Origin: an uncultured Acidobacteriota bacterium
Lineage (GTDB): Bacteria > Acidobacteriota > Thermoanaerobaculia > Multivoradales > UBA5704
NCBI GenBank assembly: GCA_963770895.1
Contig: CAVYRF010000002.1
Coordinates: 3,648,001-3,712,000 of the forward strand
Direction of reading: 5' to 3'
DNA length: 64,000 nt
The position numbers and the translations under genes were made by a program. Under the pieces are notes generated by a model. That model was given only the letters and a program-made list of their open reading frames with translations. It was not told the origin of the DNA and made no database searches. Below are positions 18,401 through 25,717 of this stretch, piece by piece; positions within the stretch are counted from its first letter, which is position 1; each line of letters begins with the position of its first letter.

Positions 18401-20185
18401 CGTGCCCGGCGGCCCCGCGGCCCCGGCCGTGGCACCGTGGCAGGTGGAGAGGTAGAGCAGCCGCGGCAGCGGTCCGGCGTCGCGCAGGCGGCGTACCAGG
18501 TCGCCCACGGTCACGGGGTGCGCCAGTGCCGCCTCGTCCTCGAAGAGCAGGACTCCCGGCCGGCCGTGGCCGCTCCAGTGGACGACCGGCGGGTGGACGC
18601 GCTCGACCGTGCCTGCCAATTCGTCGAGCGTTCCCAGGTCGGTGACCAGCAGGCGCCGCTCTTCGGCGCCCTGGCCCAGCGCGCGCCAGAGGCGATACAT
18701 CTCCAGCTCGGAGTCGAGATCGGTCGCATCCACCGGCGCGGCGCAGCAGGCCACGATCGCGAGCGGCTGGTCGGGATCCCTGAGTCCCGCGACACCCGCT
18801 AGCACCGCCTCGCGCGCCAAGTCGAGCGTGCCGTCCTCGACCGGAAAGCGCCCGTCCAGGCGCAGCAGCTCCCAGGGCAGCGCCAGCGCCCGGTCGGCCC
18901 GCATCTCCGCGGCCTCGCCGCTGCCGGCCATCCGCACCCGCAGGTGCAGGAGGGGCGGCTCGCCGCCGAGCCCCGCGCGGACTGCCGCCGCAAGCGCCGC
19001 CCGCGCCGCCGGCGAGAGCAGTGCCGCCGTCATCCGGTCGCCGACGCTGGCGGCGAGCGCGCGTAGGCCGGCCGCCGCCACGGCCGCTGCCGCGGTGAGC
19101 TGTCCGCGCTCGTCGGTGGGCAGTGCCCGGTGATCCTGCTCGCGCAGCATTTCGAGATCCCCGAGCAGCGCGGGGTCGGCCAGCGGGTCGCGGACCGGCC
19201 AGTCTGGGCAGCCCGCCAGGCGGGCCGGCCAGACGCCGCTGTCCGCTCCCACTTCGAGCTCGAGGTCGAGCCGCCGCAGCTCCGGGGCCTCCTCCGCCGC
19301 CACCTCGCCCAGGAGCTCCGCGAGCTGCGCGTGGTCGCGGAGAGTCAGCGGGCGGAGGTTGCCGCGGGCCAGGGCGCCGGAGGCGTGCCCACCTTCCCAG
19401 ACGGCCTCGGTCGCCGCCTTCCAGGCCGCTGCGGTCATCAGCGCGCGCCAGGGCTTGAGGCCGCTCGCCGTCGCGTCGCTCTGTGCCGCCAGCCAGTCGA
19501 GCAGCCGCGGGTCCTGGAGCGAGCAGCCGACGAAGAGGATCTCCCGCTGGCGCTGCAGCGCGTCGAGCTGCGCGCGAAGGAATGGATAGGTCCTTCCGAA
19601 CTCCTCATAGGATCGGCCCGAGAGCACCGCATGCCGCCAGTCTTCCCGCGAGCCGTGGAGCTTCATCAGCCGCACGGCTCCGTCGCCGGCCACCGTCGCG
19701 TTGCCTTCCAGTGTCTCCAGGACAAAGTTCACGCCCGCATCGGCCAGCGCACGCTCCAGGAGGTCGTCGTAGTTGGTGGTGGCGATGGTGTGGAAGCAGC
19801 CGGCTCCGGCGAGTCGCGCGATGGCCCGATGGACGGGCGTCGGCTGGTGGTCTGCCGCCGAGCGCGGCGCGAAGAGGCGCTGCAGGATGTCGGCGAGCTC
19901 GCCCGCCCCGCGCGAGGTGACGAACGCATCCACCACGCGCGGGAACGGAGCCGCGCCGCCCGCGCCGATCGGCTCATCCGTCCGCCGGGCGAGCGCCGCC
20001 AGGATCGCCTGCGTGCTCGGGTACCCCGCCGCCACCGAGGCGCCCGCCCCGACCCAGAGCAGCGGCCGGCCTTCCAGCTCCTTGCGCAGGACCGCGGCCG
20101 TCGCCGGAATGGGCGGCTTCAGACCGGCGGCGTTCGCGGCCGCGGGGGCTCGCGATCCCGGCCCAGCCGGCGAGTGATCGGGCAT
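15473..20185 (-). CDS. NLR-like protein: SIR2-like NADase + CHAT caspase-like protease + STAND ATPase + TPR repeats
   Basis: SIR2: VGAGASV, TTNYDDLLE, KLHGS, FVGCSLQD. CHAT: LPWELL, HWSGHG, LYLSTCHG. STAND: FVGR, GLGGLGKT, LVYLDDAE, SSR, GHP. Six 43-aa TPRs at the C-terminus. Confidence 0.85.
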   Translation of the reverse strand: MPDHSPAGPGSRAPAAANAAGLKPPIPATAAVLRKELEGRPLLWVGAGASVAAGYPSTQAILAALARRTDEPIGAGGAAPFPRVVDAFVTSRGAGELADILQRLFAPRSAADHQPTPVHRAIARLAGAGCFHTIATTNYDDLLERALADAGVNFVLETLEGNATVAGDGAVRLMKLHGSREDWRHAVLSGRSYEEFGRTYPFLRAQLDALQRQREILFVGCSLQDPRLLDWLAAQSDATASGLKPWRALMTAAAWKAATEAVWEGGHASGALARGNLRPLTLRDHAQLAELLGEVAAEEAPELRRLDLELEVGADSGVWPARLAGCPDWPVRDPLADPALLGDLEMLREQDHRALPTDERGQLTAAAAVAAAGLRALAASVGDRMTAALLSPAARAALAAAVRAGLGGEPPLLHLRVRMAGSGEAAEMRADRALALPWELLRLDGRFPVEDGTLDLAREAVLAGVAGLRDPDQPLAIVACCAAPVDATDLDSELEMYRLWRALGQGAEERRLLVTDLGTLDELAGTVERVHPPVVHWSGHGRPGVLLFEDEAALAHPVTVGDLVRRLRDAGPLPRLLYLSTCHGATAGAAGPPGTGQRMVDAALGSEPTAPSTAASLHRAGLPQVVAYFGPVGDHQATRAAAAFYAALASGSKARQALRRARRVSSTPHFDHGKPTHVYPLGWAQLALYHRGADTATALAIAAGGPPVDLEDDRRRHFEQLNRRGGSDRVEGIRGVQRLRFGFVGRRKERAEALRRWRREGDRQLVVLGLGGLGKTALCTELAPLLARDMAPGGAAVLAFDGRHAGAQASPILALWQEVQAAHAGDAWSRRLAELQQHGITGEALAQAVVDLASIKGGLLVYLDDAESLQQPVAEVEHGEHSEHGALGRFRDAELRRFWELLRAAARPRGSLGLLASSRYLPEGTAAEVALPLAPLRRFEVVRLLAWMPTLGRLPAEDRAWLAEETIDGHPRTVEYLEVLAHQRERQLVPPGGRYQAGRWREEILAPVLPQTRDKVGADLLLGSVWAALPPNAQDHLGHCTVLTAPAPWEAVRAMEPAEGTSAVLVEAGMLSPFQAPLGGPDWWAPHRLVSNEALKHWTGEPREAHRLLGRWYEQRYGKERSQLWGERAVLHLTAAGDGDAAWPTARLVAIHLREKGRYREALGWVELVLAAAPSGAHLGVARTFQAQLGRLAGTSTVDAEQQLLRALELVEPEDRSSVLAELGKLALHKGQLRSAADYLQRSLQVETAQKGEMHRDVSTSLHTLAGVLQDQGDLAGARRHLERALEIDAQVLGTELHPSVAASLHALAGVLKAQGDLAGARRHLERALEIDAQVLGTELHPSVAASLHALAGVLQAQGDLAGARRHLERALEIKAQVLGTELHPSVAASLHELAGVLQAQGDLAGARRHLERALEIKAQVLGTELHPSVSASLHALAGVLQAQGDLAGARRHLERALEIDAQVLGTELHPSVAASLHELAGVLQAQGDLAGARRHLERVLEIEVQVFGTREHYSTAITEMNLAALFLKQGETRAARSLWEHAHAVFLAHLGVEHPYTRQAAALIGNASA
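15655..16420 (-). repeat. About six near-identical 129-bp tandem repeats encoding 43-aa TPRs
   Basis: GCTCGGTGCC recurs at 15781, 15910, 16039, 16168 and 16297, an exact 129-bp period. Confidence 0.95.
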
Positions 20186-20401
20186 GTGCTAAATGCTAGC
20201 ACCCGGCAGCTGGCACCGCGTTGGATCTTCCAGCACAAGGCGGCGGAGCGGGCAACGGCCGGGGCTGGTCAGCCGGCTGCTCCGGGGTGTACCGTCGAAG
20301 CCGCTGTCGAGACGCAACATCCGGCCGGGCGCAACGTATTCGCGATGCGTCGCGAAAATCCGGCTGGCTGGGACTGCCAGGACACTTCATAAGGAGATCC
20401 T

Positions 20402-22435
20402 ATGCATCACGGTTGCAACTCGCTTTGGGCGCGCGGGGTTCAGGCCCGGCCTGCCTTGGCGCGGCAGGGGTTTGAACGCTTCGGGCCTGCTGCGCGGCTG
20501 GTCGCGCTGGCTCTGATCGGCGGGGCGGGCGCGCTGGGGCTCGCCGTGCGGGCGGATGCGCTGCCGGCTGTCGCGCTGACCGCCATGCTGGCGCCGGCGT
20601 CGGCGCCAGCGCCAGCGGGGGGGCCGGCCGACCAGGCTGCCGCGGGCGGCGACCAGGCGGCGCTGTGCGCGGAATTCGAGCATGCGCTGGACAAAATCGT
20701 GGCGGCGCGCGGGCAGGAGGGCGATGGCGCCCGGCTGGCGCGGCTGTTCGATAGCTGGTGGCGCTTCGAGCTGGCGGATCAGCCGGAGGGGGCGACCTTC
20801 ATCGGCCACTCCGATCATGACGACGTGTGGAGCGACGTGTCGCCCGAGGCGTTTGCGCGCCGGCGCGCGCTGGTTTCCAAGGTGGTTGCGGCCGCGGAGT
20901 CGATCGACCGCTCGCGCCTGGGCGAGGACGAGCGGCTCAACTACGACCTGTTCCTGCGGCGGGCGCGCCTGGATGCCGAAGGGAGCCGGTTTCCCGCCGA
21001 GCTGATGCCGATCACGCAGCTGTACGGCGTGCAGCAGGATGCGCCGGAGCTGCTGTCGCGCATGCCGGCGCGCACTGTGGCGCAGTACGACAACATCCTG
21101 GCGCGCCTGCGCCGGCTGCCGCGGCGCATCGAGCAGACGGTGACGCTGCTGCACCGGGGGCTGGCAGCCGGGGTGACGCCGCCGCGCATCACGCTGCGCG
21201 ACGTGCCGGAGCAGGTGCAGGCGCTGCTGATCGAAGACCCGGCCAGGAGCCCGCTGCTGGTGGCGTTCGCCAAGTTTCCCGACACCATCCCCGAGCGGGA
21301 TCGCGAGCGGCTGCGGCGGGAGGCCGCAGCGGCGCTGCACGACGGCGTGCTGCCGGCGCTGCGCGCCTTGCATGCCTACCTGGTCGATAGCTACGTGCCG
21401 CACGCCCGCGAATCGATCGCGATGAGCGATCTGCCGGACGGCCGCGCCTGGTATGCGTTGAATGTAAAGGTTTCGACCACCACCGACCTGACGCCGGAGC
21501 AGATCCACCAGCTGGGGCTGGCCGAGGTGAAGCGCATCCGCGCCCAGATGGATCAGCTGATTGCGAGCGTCGGCTTCAAGGGGAGCTTTGCCGACTTCCT
21601 GACCTTCCTGCGCACCGATCCGCGCTTTTACTACGACGACCCCCAGGCGCTGCTGACCGGTTACCGCGACATCTGCAAGCGTATCGATCCGGGGCTGATC
21701 AAAATCTTCGGCCGCCTGCCGCGCCTGCCGTACGGGGTCGAGCCGGTGCCCGCCTACTCCGAGAAGTCGCAGACCACCGCGTATTACGAAGGGGGGTCGC
21801 TGGCCGGCGGCCAGGCGGGGACGTTCTTTGCCAACACTTACAACCTGAAGGCGCGCCCGAAGTGGGGGATGGAGTCGCTGACCCTGCACGAATCGGTGCC
21901 AGGGCATCACCTGCAGATCTCCCTGGCTGCCGAGCTGGAGGGGGTGCCGGAGTGGCGGCGCTACAACGACTACACCGCTTACGTCGAAGGCTGGGGGCTG
22001 TACGCCGAAGGTCTGGGCGGCGAGCTGGGCCTGTACACCGATCCGTACTCGAAGTTCGGCCAGCTCAGCTACGAAGTGTGGCGCGCCATCCGGCTGGTGG
22101 TCGATACCGGCCTGCACACCATGGGGTGGAGCCGCCAGCGCGCGATCGATTATTTCAAGGCCAACTCCGCCAATACCGAGCAGGACATCACGGTGGAGGT
22201 GGATCGCTACATCGTCACGCCGGGCCAGGCCACCGCCTACAAGATCGGCCAGCTCAAGCTGCGCGAGTTGCGCGCCTTTGCCGAACAGCAGCTTGGCCCC
22301 GGTTTCGACGAACGCGCGTTCCACGACGAGGTGCTGGACAGCGGCGCCCTGCCGCTGGACGTGCTGGACGCGCGCGTCCGCGCCTGGGTCGCCGCCCAGG
22401 CACAGCGCGCCGCCAACGCGGCGAGGGACCGCTAG
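20402..22435 (+). CDS. DUF885 family secreted protein (probable Zn metallopeptidase)
   Basis: AAGGAG RBS and signal-like segment. Motifs LHESVPGHHLQ, YVEGWGLYAE, RAIRLVVDTGLH, EVDRYI..PGQATAYKIG. Confidence 0.9.
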   Translation: MHHGCNSLWARGVQARPALARQGFERFGPAARLVALALIGGAGALGLAVRADALPAVALTAMLAPASAPAPAGGPADQAAAGGDQAALCAEFEHALDKIVAARGQEGDGARLARLFDSWWRFELADQPEGATFIGHSDHDDVWSDVSPEAFARRRALVSKVVAAAESIDRSRLGEDERLNYDLFLRRARLDAEGSRFPAELMPITQLYGVQQDAPELLSRMPARTVAQYDNILARLRRLPRRIEQTVTLLHRGLAAGVTPPRITLRDVPEQVQALLIEDPARSPLLVAFAKFPDTIPERDRERLRREAAAALHDGVLPALRALHAYLVDSYVPHARESIAMSDLPDGRAWYALNVKVSTTTDLTPEQIHQLGLAEVKRIRAQMDQLIASVGFKGSFADFLTFLRTDPRFYYDDPQALLTGYRDICKRIDPGLIKIFGRLPRLPYGVEPVPAYSEKSQTTAYYEGGSLAGGQAGTFFANTYNLKARPKWGMESLTLHESVPGHHLQISLAAELEGVPEWRRYNDYTAYVEGWGLYAEGLGGELGLYTDPYSKFGQLSYEVWRAIRLVVDTGLHTMGWSRQRAIDYFKANSANTEQDITVEVDRYIVTPGQATAYKIGQLKLRELRAFAEQQLGPGFDERAFHDEVLDSGALPLDVLDARVRAWVAAQAQRAANAARDR

Positions 22436-22448
22436 CGGGCGGGGGCGG

Positions 22449-23180
22449 TCAGCGGCTGCGCAGCTTGGTGAGCAGGCGCAGGATCTCAAGGTAGAGCCAG
22501 ATCAGCGTCACCATGACGCCGAAGGCGCCGTACCACTCCATGAACCGCGGTGCGCCGGCGGCCGCGCCGGCCTGGATGAAGCTGAAGTCGAGCGCCAGGT
22601 TGGCCGCCGCCACCGCCACCACCGCGAGGCTGAACAGGATGCCGAAGGTGCCGCCGCTCTGGAGCAACGGCACGTGCACGTTGAAGAAGCTGAGCCCCAT
22701 CGCCACCAGGTAGAACAGGGCGATGGCGCCGGTCGCGGCGATGACCACGGTGCGGAAGCGCTCGGTCACGCGGATGATGCCGGTGCTGTAGGCGAGCAGC
22801 ATCACCGCCAGCGTCGCAAAGGTGAGCGCCACCGCCTGCACCGCGATGCCGTGCGAGGCGACGTTGTACATCCGCGAGATGCCGCCCAGCAGCAGCCCTT
22901 CGCACAGCGCGTAGAGCGGCGCGGTGATCGGCGCCCAGCGCTTGACGAAGATGGTGGTCAGCGCCCCCGCCAGACCGCCGATCAGGCCCAGCAGGATGAG
23001 CGGCGCGGCCGCCGCCATGTCGTCGCCCGCCAGGTTCCAGGTCCAGGTGGCCGACGCCATGGTCAGCAGCACCAGGATGCCGGTCTTGTTGATGGTGCCC
23101 TGCACCGTCATCCCTGCCGTGGCGGTGCCCGCCAGGCTGGTGAAGGTATTGGAATTGAGCGCCGGGTTGCTGCCTCGCAT
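22449..23180 (-). CDS. Bax inhibitor-1/YccA-family membrane protein
   Basis: MRGSNPALN start, MTVQGTINKT, about 7 TM helices, NLALDF, and EWYGAFGVMVTLIWLYLEILRLL. The ORF-track extension to 24863 is spurious. Confidence 0.9.
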   Translation of the reverse strand: MRGSNPALNSNTFTSLAGTATAGMTVQGTINKTGILVLLTMASATWTWNLAGDDMAAAAPLILLGLIGGLAGALTTIFVKRWAPITAPLYALCEGLLLGGISRMYNVASHGIAVQAVALTFATLAVMLLAYSTGIIRVTERFRTVVIAATGAIALFYLVAMGLSFFNVHVPLLQSGGTFGILFSLAVVAVAAANLALDFSFIQAGAAAGAPRFMEWYGAFGVMVTLIWLYLEILRLLTKLRSR

Positions 23181-23254
23181 GGGAAGCTCCTTCTGCCGCA
23201 GCCGGATTGCTGGCAGAATAGCACCAGTATCGCACACCGCGCTACGCGCGGCGG

Positions 23255-25591
23255 TCAGGCTGGCGTCGTGCGCCGCGTGCTGCAGAGCCAGGCCGACGCG
23301 GCGAGCCCGAGGAGGCAGAGGGCGAGGGCGAGCCGCCAGTGGGCAGGCTGGTAGGTGAGCTGCACGTGGTGGCTTCCCGGCCCCACGACCAGGGCGACAA
23401 ACCCGCCGTCGGCTTCGGCGACCTCGGGTTGCGGGCCGCCCGGCGCAGCGGTGGCGCGCCAGCCGGCCGCGAAGCTGACGCTCGACGCGACGACGGCTCC
23501 GGCGGGAGCGACGACGTCGAGCACCCACCCGTTCGCAATCGGCGCCGCGCTGACCGTACCGCTCTGCGGCCCCGCCAGGCGGGCATGGCTCGGCGGCAGG
23601 ATGGCGGCTTCGCCCGGCCGCTCGCTGGCCAGCAGGTCGCGCGCGGGATCGGGCGACGTCAGCACCCGGCGCGGCACGAAAAAGAGCGGCAGCGCCCCCG
23701 GATTGCGCCAGATCCGCCCGCCTTGGCCCTCCCAGGCCAGCTCCCACGGCGGCGGCATCCGCTGGCGGTGGTCGGTGAGCACGCAGCGCACGCCCAGCAG
23801 GTCGAGCAGCGGCTGGCGAAAGCCCTGCGGCGACAGGAACGGGTCCCGGCCGACCTGGTAGTGCAGCCGCATGCTGCGGCCGACCACGAAGGCGGCGTGG
23901 GCGGGCTGCATCGGGTCGTTGCCGCGCGGGTCCCACAGGCCGTAGAGCGCCCCCATGTTGGGGTGCAGGGCATCGAACGCTCCCAGCGTGCGGTAGGGGC
24001 CGCCGGCGGCGCCCTGCTGCGCCTGCAGGACGCGCACAGCGGCGGGCGCCGACAGGTCGAGCGTCGCGGGAACCAAGGGCTGGAAGCGATATCCCAGGAC
24101 AGCCAGCTCGGCCAGCAGCGCCGCGACCATCACCGTCGGGGCCGCCCGCCGCGCCGCGGGCAGCAGCAGGCAGGCGATCGCCGCCGCGGCGCCGGCCAGG
24201 GCCGTCCACTGCCACGCTTGCGCCCAGGCCGTGGGCGGCGCCGCCGGCGGCAGCAGCATCACGCCGATCGCCAGCGCCGCGATGGCGCCGGCCACGACGG
24301 CGCGCCGGCGGGCGGCGCCGGCGGCGGCCAGCGGGTCCAGGGCAAGCGCGCCGGCCATGGCGATCGCCAGCACGTAGAGCAGGCGAAACCGCGCCAGCGG
24401 CATGCTGCCGACGACCGGCAGCAGGCGCACCAGGCCGAAGAGCGGCGGCAGCCGCCAGGCGACGCACAGGGCCACGGCCCCGGCGGCGACCAAGGGCGCG
24501 ATGCGCCGCGGCGCCGCCAGCGCGCCGGCGAGCGCGACGCCCAGGGGCAGCAGCCCGGCATAGCCGCTGCAAAGCTCGTTGAAATTGGTGGCGGCTGGTC
24601 CCGTCCAGCTGTCTTCGCGCGGACTGCCCAGGCGCAAGGGGTCCACCACCACGGCAAAGGAGCGCGCCGCGAAGGGCGGCGGCTGCACCAGGTCGGGGTG
24701 CCGCTCGACGACGGCACGGCGCGCGCTGTCGGGGATGGCGTCGAGCACCGGCACGATCGCGGGCGCCGCGAGCAGCAGCGCCAGGACCGCGCCGCCGGCC
24801 GCCTTGATGGCAAAGGTCCGCCGCCGGACTCCCTGGCGGTGCCACAGCAGCGCGGCGCCCCACGCCGCCGCGGCCAGGCCGCTGATCGCCGTGGTTTCAG
24901 GGTGGCCGGACAGCACCTGGCCAAGCAGGCAGGCGACCAGACCGGACAGGCCGCCCGCGTCACCGCGGCGCAGCAGCACCAGCGCCAGCAGGATGCCCGG
25001 CAGCCACGCCGTCGCCATGCCCATCGGGTGATAGGACCAGCAGATCGAGTAGAGCGAAAAGGTATAGGCCAGCGCGCCAAAGGCGGCCGCCCGCACGCTG
25101 CATCCCAGCGCCTGCAGCAGGGCGTGCATCAGCAGCAGCGACAGCAGCGTCTGCCAGGCGACCACCACCGTCAGCGCCCGCAGCGGCGGCAGCGGCAGCG
25201 CCAGCAGGTGCAGCGGCGCAAAGGGCGCCGACTGCGCGTTACCCAGCAGCGGCTGCCCGGTGCCCAGCTCGTGAGCCCAGAAGGGCAGCTCGCCGCGCAG
25301 CAGGCTGCGCCGCACCAGGCTGCGAAACGGCAGCATCTGGAGCGGCAGGTCCCCGAGCAGGGGATTGCGCGGCACCGTGTCCGGCGCCACGTCGTGCCAG
25401 GGCATCCACTGGTAGGCGATGTCGGTCGGGACTTGCAGCCTGGCGGTCAGCGGCGCCGCGAACCAGGCCAGGACCAGCAGGCAGTAGCCGCACAGCACCG
25501 CCAACCGCAGGCGCCGCCAGGCCCACACGCCGCCGCAGATGATGAGGATCCCGAAGCTGCAGAGCGCCAGGGTCATTGCGGTGCGGCGCAT
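23255..25591 (-). CDS. YfhO-family membrane protein (GT-C-type glycosyltransferase)
   Basis: NPLLGD..Q..P, GELPFW...GQPLLGNAQSAPFAPL and SGHPE, many TM helices, and C-terminal FAAGWRA...GSHHVQLTYQP. Confidence 0.82.
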   Translation of the reverse strand: MRRTAMTLALCSFGILIICGGVWAWRRLRLAVLCGYCLLVLAWFAAPLTARLQVPTDIAYQWMPWHDVAPDTVPRNPLLGDLPLQMLPFRSLVRRSLLRGELPFWAHELGTGQPLLGNAQSAPFAPLHLLALPLPPLRALTVVVAWQTLLSLLLMHALLQALGCSVRAAAFGALAYTFSLYSICWSYHPMGMATAWLPGILLALVLLRRGDAGGLSGLVACLLGQVLSGHPETTAISGLAAAAWGAALLWHRQGVRRRTFAIKAAGGAVLALLLAAPAIVPVLDAIPDSARRAVVERHPDLVQPPPFAARSFAVVVDPLRLGSPREDSWTGPAATNFNELCSGYAGLLPLGVALAGALAAPRRIAPLVAAGAVALCVAWRLPPLFGLVRLLPVVGSMPLARFRLLYVLAIAMAGALALDPLAAAGAARRRAVVAGAIAALAIGVMLLPPAAPPTAWAQAWQWTALAGAAAAIACLLLPAARRAAPTVMVAALLAELAVLGYRFQPLVPATLDLSAPAAVRVLQAQQGAAGGPYRTLGAFDALHPNMGALYGLWDPRGNDPMQPAHAAFVVGRSMRLHYQVGRDPFLSPQGFRQPLLDLLGVRCVLTDHRQRMPPPWELAWEGQGGRIWRNPGALPLFFVPRRVLTSPDPARDLLASERPGEAAILPPSHARLAGPQSGTVSAAPIANGWVLDVVAPAGAVVASSVSFAAGWRATAAPGGPQPEVAEADGGFVALVVGPGSHHVQLTYQPAHWRLALALCLLGLAASAWLCSTRRTTPA

Positions 25592-25717
25592 GATACTACG
25601 GCGGTGCCGCGGCCCCGGCGGGCGCTGACGCACGGAGACAGCAGCGGCGGGCGCCGTCCAGGCCGCCCGCCGCGGGAACCGCCAGGCCGCTCGCGCGGCC
25701 GTTACACGGCTACGACA

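Noticed and set aside
14770-20400. Mobile element carrying the NLR and TA genes
   Set aside because: No integrase, transposase, tRNA or flanking direct repeats were seen.
23181-24863. Long N-terminal extension of the BI-1/YccA ORF
   Set aside because: Overlaps the YfhO gene in another frame. The family-typical start with an AAGGAG RBS is at 23180.
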